The notes beneath the pieces were generated by a model. That model did not search any database and was not told the origin of the DNA. It saw only the letters and a program-made list of their open reading frames with translations. 64,000 nucleotides of DNA, from NCBI GenBank assembly GCA_963806225.1, contig CAWDXG010000004.1, positions 4,704,001 to 4,768,000 of the forward strand. The letters run 5' to 3'. Source of the stretch: an uncultured delta proteobacterium. GTDB taxonomy: Bacteria; Myxococcota_A; Polyangia; Polyangiales; Polyangiaceae. Within the stretch, counting starts at the first letter, position 1. Every line of letters starts with the position of its first letter. Below, in pieces: positions 30,622-38,845 of the stretch. The position numbers and the translations under genes were made by a program.

Positions 30622-31308
30622 TCAGTACATGTTGAAATTCGAGCCGCGCGCGTAGCCCTTGCCGTAGCCCTTCTCGAAACCGGACTGGTACAGATCCTTC
30701 ACCTGGCGGATCTCGGCGTCGACCTCGGCGCTCGTGATGGCCTGGGCGAGCTCGGTGCGCTTGCGCTGCTCGTCGGCGACGAGCGCGACCAGCACCGGCA
30801 GCTCGCCGCGGTCGAACCACGTGCCGTGCGTCGCGCAGACGTCCAGGCGAAGGCGGGCATTCGGGAAGTCGTGATGCTTCATGGGCTCGGTGCAGACCGG
30901 GCAGGAAAGGGTCGCTTCGACGGACACGGGGCGCTTCGCATTGTGCGCGGCCAGGTCCGCCAGGCGAACGGCCTCCTCGCTGGGCTCTGCGACCAGGCGG
31001 CGCGAGGACGGGTCGTCCATCCACACGCCGCCGCACGCGCCGCAGCCCTGTAGGAGCAGCTCGTTCGCCTGCGCGGGGAACATGCCCTCTGTCTTGCAGC
31101 GCGGACACACCACAAGGTGTTGCGCGGCATGGAGCTCTGCCTCCCGCAGCACGTCCGGCAGTCCGCGGGCCAGCGCCAACCGCGCCGCCCCTGCCCGGTC
31201 GAGCTTTCCGTCGGAGTACTGGGCCACGCGATCGAGCGCGCGCGCTGTCTCCCCATCGAGCTCCAGCTCCACGAGCTCGAGCCGTTCGCGGTACGTCATG
31301 CCCTTCAT
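30622..31308 (-). CDS. Protein with two TFIIB-like zinc ribbons
   Basis: CPRC...CGACGGVWMD and CPVC...CATHGTWFDRGEL. Confidence 0.82.
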   Translation of the reverse strand: MKGMTYRERLELVELELDGETARALDRVAQYSDGKLDRAGAARLALARGLPDVLREAELHAAQHLVVCPRCKTEGMFPAQANELLLQGCGACGGVWMDDPSSRRLVAEPSEEAVRLADLAAHNAKRPVSVEATLSCPVCTEPMKHHDFPNARLRLDVCATHGTWFDRGELPVLVALVADEQRKRTELAQAITSAEVDAEIRQVKDLYQSGFEKGYGKGYARGSNFNMY

Positions 31309-31355
31309 CGTGCCCCTGTTCCGGAGCGCATGGAAGGGGAGTGTGCGCTTCGAAG

Positions 31356-31622
31356 TCAGCGCTGGACTTCTGCGCGCACTCGCGGATGCGCGGGCAACGC
31401 TGCAATGGCCTTCGCGAAGCGCGTTGCGACGTCGCACGACGGAACGTCGAGCTCGACCTCTTCGCCGGCGAACACACAGCGATCGACATGCGCCATCGCC
31501 TCGCGGAGCGATACGCCGAGGTGCTCGCTGACGAGCCTGATGACCGCGACGGTGCCGACGCTGATGGGGCCGCAGAGCTCGGGCTCGATGGAGAGGCGCA
31601 GGGTCGTCACGGAGGCGGACAT
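31356..31622 (-). CDS. Small hypothetical protein
   Basis: MSASVTTLRLSIEP...LGVSLREA; globular composition, co-oriented with neighbours. Confidence 0.55.
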   Translation of the reverse strand: MSASVTTLRLSIEPELCGPISVGTVAVIRLVSEHLGVSLREAMAHVDRCVFAGEEVELDVPSCDVATRFAKAIAALPAHPRVRAEVQR

Positions 31623-31645
31623 AGCAGGCCCGCCCGGCGACCGCA

Positions 31646-32089
31646 TCAGCCGCAGGTCCGCCCCAGCGAATTCGTGGACGTGCAGTCTATCGGTGAGGCG
31701 GTGAACGGATTGCGGTTCGGCGTCGTGTCGAGAGACGGGCCGACGCACTCGTCACCGCTGATGACGGGATCGGCACCGGAGCCGCCGCTCGGGTCGCTGT
31801 CGTAGAGCAGGAACGTGACGTTGCCCTTGCCGTCGCTGGCGACGCCGAACACGACCTGGGAGTCCGTACCCTGACGGTCGTAGCGGGCGATGAACGGTTT
31901 GCCGCCGTTGAAAGCGTTCGCGACGCAGTCGTCGACGGGCTTTGCATCGCCGCCGAGGGCCGCATGGCCGCAGTCCATCGCGCCGCTTCCGGCCCGCGTG
32001 CGCAGGTCGGCGGCAAGGTCGCAGGTTGACTTTGAAGAGCACGCAGCGGCGACGGCGCCGCACAGCAAGACGAGCCACCAAGACGACAT
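31646..32089 (-). CDS. Cys-containing lipoprotein
   Basis: MSSWWLVLLCGAVAAAC lipobox; DCG, DCV..AF, YDSDPSGG. Confidence 0.78.
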   Translation of the reverse strand: MSSWWLVLLCGAVAAACSSKSTCDLAADLRTRAGSGAMDCGHAALGGDAKPVDDCVANAFNGGKPFIARYDRQGTDSQVVFGVASDGKGNVTFLLYDSDPSGGSGADPVISGDECVGPSLDTTPNRNPFTASPIDCTSTNSLGRTCG

Positions 32090-32233
32090 CGAGCCTCCCA
32101 ACGGCCTTGCGCTGCAAGGTCCGGGAAAAGTCTAGCAGATAGCAGAGCGCAGGCCGCCGTATCAGGCGCACGGTGTCGCCCCTGCGCGCCTTGCCTTCCA
32201 GGTGCCGGCAGATTCCGTAGAGTAGAAGGCAGG

Positions 32234-32524
32234 ATGTCGACGCGGATTGCCTTTGCTCCGGGTGTAGCGAAAAGATCCTGTTCGCTGCTGGCGGTTTCCG
32301 CGCTCGGACTTGTCGTGGCAATGGGCTGCGGCTCAACCTGCGTGAACGACGCGACGAACGGACTGAACAGCCAGGGTGTGTGCCGCTCCGCGTGGAACGG
32401 ATTCGTCACGTGCGTCGGCCAGGTGGGCTCGGCGGGCGCCACGTGCAACAGCGGCGGCGCGCATACCGTCCAGGGCGAGTGCAGCGGGCTGGCTCCGTTC
32501 CTGATCCTTTGCCCGAGCCCCTGA
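32234..32524 (+). CDS. Small Cys-rich lipoprotein
   Basis: Hydrophobic signal ending AMGC, six further Cys; AGG upstream. Confidence 0.65.
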   Translation: MSTRIAFAPGVAKRSCSLLAVSALGLVVAMGCGSTCVNDATNGLNSQGVCRSAWNGFVTCVGQVGSAGATCNSGGAHTVQGECSGLAPFLILCPSP

Positions 32525-32550
32525 CGTAGCTCGGCTCTGGCGCGCGCCGG

Positions 32551-33894
32551 CTACGCGCTTTCCAGTCGGAGCTTGCGGCTCACCTCGAGCTCGAAGAGGC
32601 CGCGGCCGGTGCGGCGCATGGCGACGTGCGGGCAGCGCTCTTCAAGGCGCCGACGCAGCATGATGAGCCGCGTCTCGAGGTTGTCGTGCAGCGGCGGTAG
32701 CCCGAGCCTCGGGTCGAGGCGGAGCTCGCGGTTGGAGAAGCTCCGGCGCTCGTCGTCCTCGTGCGCGCGGAGCAGCAGCCACAGGATGCGGCCGGCGACG
32801 CCCTTGATGAGGTACTCGTTGTCGACGAAGACGCTGTCGTCCTCCGCGTAGTGGCGGATGCACAGATCCGGGCCTTCGCCGGTTCTTCCCTTCGAGGCGG
32901 TCTCGCCGCGCTCGTCGCTCGCCGCAAGCTCGGCAAAGCGCGCCATGGAGCTTGCCAGCTGGTGGGCGATCACGCTGGTGAGCTCCCGGTCGACGCGGCC
33001 GAACGCGGCCGGCTTCGAGCTCTGCAGAACCAGCACACCGAGCAGTCGCCCCTCGGCGAGCAGCGGATGCACGAGCTGGCTCTCGGTCCGGCGCAGGCCG
33101 GGCAGGACAATCGCATGCGGTGGTGACCCATCGTCGCGTCCCTGGCTCCGCACCGTCTCGGCGAGGATGCGCTCCCGGCTCATGTTCGCTACGCATACGG
33201 GGACGCGCCGCTCGGCCGCCATGCCGATCAGCCCGTCGCCGATCCTGAGCTCGGCGCCGACGCCCGAGGGCGAGTAGCCTCGGCTCGCGATGGAGAAGAG
33301 TATCCGCTCCGCTTCGTCTGCCGCCATGACGAAGGCGTGCGGGTAGCCGAGCCCCTCGTCGAGCTCCGCGAGCGTTCGTCCGAGGAGCGTCTCGAGGTCC
33401 GGGCAGCCTGCCAGCGCGGCGCTGCAGCGGGCGAGCGCCGAGATGCAGTCGGCAGAAGGCGCAGACAGGGAGGCAGTGACGCCGTTGTCGAAGCGCCGGC
33501 ACTCGGTCACGCGGTAGATGTCGGCTCCCCTGAGCTTGAACGACCCCTCCATGCCCGTTTGCGAGGCGATGGCCGCGAGACCCGCGGCCAGCTGATCGAA
33601 GGTATCGCCCTCCGTCTCGGTCCGGACGAACTGGAGGCGCAGGCGGTATTCGATGGCCGTGGCGGGGTCGATGACGAGCAGGCGTGCGCGTGGGTTCTCC
33701 TCGAGGTTCTGTTTCGTCTTGCGGAAGTACTGGAACGAGAGCGCGACGTGCTCGTCGTCCACCCGGCGGACGAGCGACAAGAAGCTGATGTTCGGGATTC
33801 CGCTCGCCGAGGCGGTGCACAGCGTGGCGGGGACGCCGCCCTCGAAGCAGCCGTCGAGAATCCGGAGCGGGACGTCGAAGATGTCGGCGTTCAC
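32551..33894 (-). CDS. PNPOx-like + GAF + winged-helix one-component regulator
   Basis: CFEGGVPATLCTAS..GIPNISFLS, FRKTKQNLEENP; GDGLIGMAA, PLLAEGRLLGVL; DDSVFVDNEYLIKGVAG...DNLETRLIMLRRRL. Confidence 0.87.
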   Translation of the reverse strand: MNADIFDVPLRILDGCFEGGVPATLCTASASGIPNISFLSLVRRVDDEHVALSFQYFRKTKQNLEENPRARLLVIDPATAIEYRLRLQFVRTETEGDTFDQLAAGLAAIASQTGMEGSFKLRGADIYRVTECRRFDNGVTASLSAPSADCISALARCSAALAGCPDLETLLGRTLAELDEGLGYPHAFVMAADEAERILFSIASRGYSPSGVGAELRIGDGLIGMAAERRVPVCVANMSRERILAETVRSQGRDDGSPPHAIVLPGLRRTESQLVHPLLAEGRLLGVLVLQSSKPAAFGRVDRELTSVIAHQLASSMARFAELAASDERGETASKGRTGEGPDLCIRHYAEDDSVFVDNEYLIKGVAGRILWLLLRAHEDDERRSFSNRELRLDPRLGLPPLHDNLETRLIMLRRRLEERCPHVAMRRTGRGLFELEVSRKLRLESA

Positions 33895-34364
33895 AGCGCG
33901 AGCCCCGCCTTGACTCCGGGCGCCTGGCAGAAGGCGGCGTCGATGGCGGCCACCACGAGCTGGCCCTCCCCCGGAAACCATGGGGCGAAGGTGCTCGGTT
34001 CCAGGCCCACCCGCGCCGCTTCCGCCAGGAACGCATCGAAATGATTCCGCGCGCGCCGCCAATCACCAGCACCCGGCTGACGGATCGCCGCGCAGCGGCC
34101 CTTGATCTGGTAGGCGTGGTAGTCGGTGGGCATCGAGAAGGTGAAGGCCACGGCCGGAGCCCGCTCCAGGTTGTCGAGCGAGCTCTGGCCCGCGGGCAGC
34201 GGCACCAGTACCGAGAGCTCGCCGCTTTCCGTGTTCCACGCTGGACCCCAGGCGCGGCAAATCTCGGGCTCGCCCGCTTCGCTCGCGGTCCCCACCACCA
34301 GTGCTACGCCTCGCCCGAGGAGTCGAACGACGGATTCTTCGAGCGCGAGAGCCCCCGGCGGCAT
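33891..34364 (-). CDS. Stand-alone PNPOx-like (split-barrel) protein
   Basis: VVGTAS..GEPEICRAWG, SLDNL, AFTFS.P..YQIKG, FCQAPG; GTGA overlap with the regulator. Confidence 0.82.
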   Translation of the reverse strand: MPPGALALEESVVRLLGRGVALVVGTASEAGEPEICRAWGPAWNTESGELSVLVPLPAGQSSLDNLERAPAVAFTFSMPTDYHAYQIKGRCAAIRQPGAGDWRRARNHFDAFLAEAARVGLEPSTFAPWFPGEGQLVVAAIDAAFCQAPGVKAGLAL

Positions 34365-34522
34365 CGTGCCGGAGCATAGCGCGCGGGACGCGCGGGCGCC
34401 GCGGAGGCAGCGTGCGCGCCGCCGCTTAGCAAACAAATAGGAGTCGCCTAGGGAACAAGTAGCAGCGGGTCTCCGGCGCGATCCGTAGGTTGATTGCCCA
34501 CCCACCCGAGGAGGAAGTCGAC

Positions 34523-35185
34523 ATGACCCAACCGCGCCACGACATGTACACCGCCGTCCACAAGGGGCTCCGCGCCCGGCTCTTCGACACCGCAGCGAAG
34601 CTCTCCGGCTGCGACTTTTCCGACGCGTTGGCCCGCGACGAGGTCCTCGCCCAGGTTCGCACCACGCTCGCGTTCCTGGACGAGCACGCCGGGCACGAGG
34701 ACCGCTTCGTGCAGCCTTGGCTGGCCGACGCGAATGTCGAGCTGGGCCGGCGCCTCGCCGACGCCCACCAGCGCGTCGAGCAGGGCGGCGCGCACGTGGA
34801 GAGCCTGGTCGCTGCGATCGCGGCGGCGGATGCTGACGTGGCGATGGGCCGCGGTCCCGAGCTGTGCCACGCGTTCAACACGCTCCTGTCGCAGCACGTC
34901 GAGCACATGAACGAGGAAGAGACCCTCGCCAACGCGGCCCTGTGGCAGGCCTATTCCGACGAGAAGTTGCTGGAGGTGCATGGCGCGCTGCTCGGTTCCA
35001 TCGCGCCGCCGCGCTTCACCGAGTGGATGGCGCTGATGCTACCCGCTCTCAACCACCAGGAGCGCGTCGGCATGTTCGCTGGCATGAAGCAGGACGCCCC
35101 GCCCGAGGTGTTCCAGTCGATGATGGGCCTCGGCCGCCAGGTTGTCGGCGAGCCCTGGGGCGCCGTGGAAGCCGCGCTGGCCTGA
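34523..35185 (+). CDS. Hemerythrin/HHE-domain protein
   Basis: GAGGAGG RBS; VHKGLR, EHAGHED, AH, QHVEHMNEEE. Confidence 0.85.
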   Translation: MTQPRHDMYTAVHKGLRARLFDTAAKLSGCDFSDALARDEVLAQVRTTLAFLDEHAGHEDRFVQPWLADANVELGRRLADAHQRVEQGGAHVESLVAAIAAADADVAMGRGPELCHAFNTLLSQHVEHMNEEETLANAALWQAYSDEKLLEVHGALLGSIAPPRFTEWMALMLPALNHQERVGMFAGMKQDAPPEVFQSMMGLGRQVVGEPWGAVEAALA

Positions 35186-35186
35186 G

Positions 35187-35762
35187 CTAGCCGGCGGCCT
35201 GCTCGACGCGCTTGTGCAGGTAGGCGACCAGCGCTAGCGCGACTTCGATGAACTCGAGCGCGCTGTCGGTCGAGACCCGGAGCCCGGGCGCGTGCGCGAC
35301 CTTGTTCCGGAGGCGGCGCAGGTCGTCGAAGATCTGGACCTTCTCCGGTTGTACAAGGTCTGATCGCGCCAGCTGCTCCTGGATCGTCTTGTAGGGAGTG
35401 GCCGTGTCCGTATCGACCGCGGAACCCCGCGCGTCGACCAGCAGCAGCGCTGCCCGTTCGACCTCGCGCCACGCGGCGAGGACCGCGGCGTTCGGCGACA
35501 CAGCCAGCAGATCCACCAGTCGATCTTCCAGACCCGGAGCCGGGGTGGCCGGCGCGGTGGCCGCCGGCAGGGCGGTCGCCGCCTTGTCGTGCAGCTCGCC
35601 GATCTCGCGCCCGAACTCGACCTCGAGCTCGCCGTACTTCACGCTGCTGGTCCGTGGCAGGAGGTTGGCCAGGGGCTTCTTCAGCAGCAAAACGGACGCG
35701 ATCACCGACGCCGGCCAGGCCAGCGCTTTGATGACTTCCGCTGCGAACGTCAGCCCATCCAT
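35187..35762 (-). CDS. Hypothetical protein with N-terminal TM and HEPN-like RxxxxH motif
   Basis: LAWP TM segment; AAWREVE; LRRLRNKVAH. Confidence 0.75.
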   Translation of the reverse strand: MDGLTFAAEVIKALAWPASVIASVLLLKKPLANLLPRTSSVKYGELEVEFGREIGELHDKAATALPAATAPATPAPGLEDRLVDLLAVSPNAAVLAAWREVERAALLLVDARGSAVDTDTATPYKTIQEQLARSDLVQPEKVQIFDDLRRLRNKVAHAPGLRVSTDSALEFIEVALALVAYLHKRVEQAAG

Positions 35763-35899
35763 TCCGCTCCGCTCCCTTCCTCGTCTGCCGGCCGTCCCTC
35801 TTGACGGTCGGCATCATATCCGGTCCGGCCGCGCCGGTGTCCTGGAAGGTGTCGAGCGGCGGGCGTTCCCGGCCGCGCTGCTTTCGCCGACGCGCTACG

Positions 35900-36814
35900 A
35901 TGCGCGCCATCATGGGCGATTTCCGCATCGAGGCTCCGGTCGAATCGTTCGACGTGCGCTCGGCCGATGGCTTGACCATTCGCGCGCACAAGGCCGGCCG
36001 CGGGCCGCACCACTGGTTGATTCCGCCTGGTCTCGGTACGCCGCTGCTCTGCTGGAAGCACATCTTCGAGCATTTCGGCGACCGGATGACGATGGTGACG
36101 TGGGATCAGCGTGGCTGCTACGGCTCCGGCATGCCGAAGCGCCGCGGCGATCTGGCCTTCGATCGTCACGTGGAGGACGGCCTGGCCGTGATCGACGAGC
36201 TCGGCTGGAACGAGCCCTTCGTCACCGGCAGCTGGAGCATGGGTGTGCAGCTCGGCCTCGCGCTGTACGAGCGGATACCGAAGCGCATCCGCGCGCTCAC
36301 GCTCATCAACGGCGCGTTCGAGAACGTGCTGAAGACGGCGTACGGCCCGTCGCTCACGGCGCCCCTGTTCCGCATCGCCCTCGACGGCACCGTGCTCGCG
36401 TCGCCCGTGCTCACGCCGCTCGCGCGCAAGCTGCTCCGCTCAGGGCGCATCGGCACAGTGATGGATCGCCTTGCGGTGATCACCGCCAACGCCGCCTTCG
36501 TCACCGCCGTTACCCACGAGCTCGCGAGCCTCGACATAGGCACCTACTTCGCCATCCTGCGCGAGCTCGATCGCCACTCGTGCGACCACGTCGTCGACCA
36601 GGTGCAAGTGCCGACGCTGATCACCGCCGGCACAAAGGATGTCGCGACGCCCCCCAGCGTGATGCAGCGCCTGCACCGCCGTATCGCGAAGAGCGACTAC
36701 GTCCTCGTCGAGCGCGGCACGCACTACACGCCGCTCGAGTATCCGGACCAACTGAACGAGGCGCTGGAGCGGTTCTTCGCGCAGCGGGTGTACGGGGAGA
36801 GCTTCGCGCGGTGA
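35900..36814 (+). CDS. Alpha/beta hydrolase
   Basis: WDQRGCYGS, SWSMG nucleophile elbow, GTKD, GTHY. Confidence 0.9.
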   Translation: MRAIMGDFRIEAPVESFDVRSADGLTIRAHKAGRGPHHWLIPPGLGTPLLCWKHIFEHFGDRMTMVTWDQRGCYGSGMPKRRGDLAFDRHVEDGLAVIDELGWNEPFVTGSWSMGVQLGLALYERIPKRIRALTLINGAFENVLKTAYGPSLTAPLFRIALDGTVLASPVLTPLARKLLRSGRIGTVMDRLAVITANAAFVTAVTHELASLDIGTYFAILRELDRHSCDHVVDQVQVPTLITAGTKDVATPPSVMQRLHRRIAKSDYVLVERGTHYTPLEYPDQLNEALERFFAQRVYGESFAR

Positions 36815-36905
36815 TCCCGCGGCATGTCACGCCGGACCCTGGCACGTTCGTATCGCTGCACGACACCGGCGCGCACGTCGGCGGCGTCGGCGCGCGGTGG
36901 GCTGC

Positions 36906-38471
36906 CTACGCGGGCTTCTTGATGTAGAGCTTCACGTTCCGATCGGAGAGCTGGCCGGTGCCGTCGGTGCCCCAGCCCGACACGTAGTCCAGGATCGCCA
37001 GCTTCCGCCCTTGCTCCGAAACCGCGTCGCCTTCGGTTGAAAACTCCAGCCCGACCAGCTGGGCCGACAGGTAGCCGTTGTCCTCGTCGTTTATCTCGAT
37101 GACGCGCATCTGGTTCGGGAATTCGACCAGCGAGGAGGTCTGCACCTCCCAGAACCCCTGCGTCGGGTCGGGGCCGATCCAGCTGACAATGTTGCGGTGG
37201 GTGTGCCCGGTGATCGCGAAGACGATGTTGGTGTACGACAGAAACAGCGCTTGCACGTCCGTCAGCGCCATTGCGTCGGCCTTGTCCGCGGCGGTGCCGC
37301 TGGAGCCATCGCCGATCGAACCCAGCGGATGATGCGACACCAGGACGACCCACTTGCCGTCGGCCTTGGCCTTGTCGAGGGCGGGCTTCAGGTACGCGTT
37401 CACGTCGCTCTTGCGGACGATGCCGTCGGCTCCGCCCCCTTCGCAGGCGGTGTCGTACGCGATGAAGCGGAGGTTCGTGCCGTCGATGTCCATCACGTAG
37501 TCGGACTTGCCCTTGAGCTGCGTGTTGTGAAGCCCGTGGGAGTCGGCGTCGGCGGCGACGAGAGCGAGCATCTCGTCGCGTTTCAGCGGCTGACGTTCGG
37601 GATCGGGGACGACCGTGCCCTTGACGACCACGCCACCGGGCTCCGACCAGTCCGTCGTGCCGCCCTTCGAGTCGTCGCCCATGGCGTTCTGGACCGCCTG
37701 GTCGGTGATGGCGCTGATGCCCATGACGAGCGTGTCGTGGTTGCCCGTGGAAAACAGCCACGGCATGGCGAGGCCGTTCGGGACGAACGGATCCTTCGGG
37801 TCGTTGCCTGGACCGCGCACCGGATCGTTCGCCTTGCCCGAGTCGCAGGTCACGGTCCCCGTGCCCGATAGAACGCCGAGCGCCCACGTCATCTCGTTCT
37901 TCTGCGCCGAGTCCGTCAGGTCGCCGCCGACCAGCGCGAAGTCCACGGGATCGGCTGCGTGCAGCGCGTTGATCGAACGCACCGCGGCGTTCAGGATCCA
38001 CCCCATGTAGGCCTGCTGAGGCCGCGCGGAACCATCGAACGGAGGCCCGCCGTCGAACGATTCGAGTCGCGCCGGCGACTCGTCGTCGGCGACATGGATG
38101 TCGGTGAGGTGGACGAAGCGCACCAGCCGAGCGGCGTTCTTGCCCGAAGCCAGCGCTGCCGAGCCGTCCGGCATGCGCGCCACGACAGGCTCGCCGGCGC
38201 CGAAGCTGTACTCGCCGAAGCCGTCGGCGAGCATCGACTTCCGATCGGCAGGCACGAGCGGGCTGCGAGCGTCGAGGGCGGACGCTCGCACCTTGGTGGG
38301 CACGATCGTGCGGTCGGTTGTCAGCTTGACGCTGCCCAGCGGCGGCAGCGACGTCGGAGTGCGTTTCGCGGCGGCTGCGTCCTTGGAAGAGCAGCCGAGC
38401 ACCACCGCGCCCCCCGCCGCGCCCAGCCATATGGTGAAGGTTCGTCGACCGATCAGGGGCAAATGGGCCAT
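36906..38471 (-). CDS. Tat-exported metallophosphoesterase lipoprotein
   Basis: GRRTF...VLGC; TDIH, GGDLTD, GNHD, SHHP, GHTH. Confidence 0.9.
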   Translation of the reverse strand: MAHLPLIGRRTFTIWLGAAGGAVVLGCSSKDAAAAKRTPTSLPPLGSVKLTTDRTIVPTKVRASALDARSPLVPADRKSMLADGFGEYSFGAGEPVVARMPDGSAALASGKNAARLVRFVHLTDIHVADDESPARLESFDGGPPFDGSARPQQAYMGWILNAAVRSINALHAADPVDFALVGGDLTDSAQKNEMTWALGVLSGTGTVTCDSGKANDPVRGPGNDPKDPFVPNGLAMPWLFSTGNHDTLVMGISAITDQAVQNAMGDDSKGGTTDWSEPGGVVVKGTVVPDPERQPLKRDEMLALVAADADSHGLHNTQLKGKSDYVMDIDGTNLRFIAYDTACEGGGADGIVRKSDVNAYLKPALDKAKADGKWVVLVSHHPLGSIGDGSSGTAADKADAMALTDVQALFLSYTNIVFAITGHTHRNIVSWIGPDPTQGFWEVQTSSLVEFPNQMRVIEINDEDNGYLSAQLVGLEFSTEGDAVSEQGRKLAILDYVSGWGTDGTGQLSDRNVKLYIKKPA

Positions 38472-38845
38472 AGGAGGCAATCATATGACAGATTGGCGCG
38501 GTCGTGATGACGTGAATCGCGGCGTCGCCGGCGCGGTCTGGCCGAGCCAGCGCTGGCCGACATCCTCGGCACAACGGCGCGGGAGTTCTTCGGGATCGGG
38601 TAGGGCAGCGACGCTCGTACGGGCGCGTCCGCGACACTGGGATCCCATCGATATCACCTGGTCGTGATCCCCGGCACGGCACTTGCGAAGCGCATCGACG
38701 TTGCATGCGAAGAGTCGTTTCCCGCGAGAGCGCGAGCACATCCGCGGCACAGCTGTGCCATGCTCGGGCGGATCGATCAGGCCCGGACGGGGAGCTTGAC
38801 GGATATCAATATTCCGTACTGGTGGTGCGGAGACTGGGAGGAACC

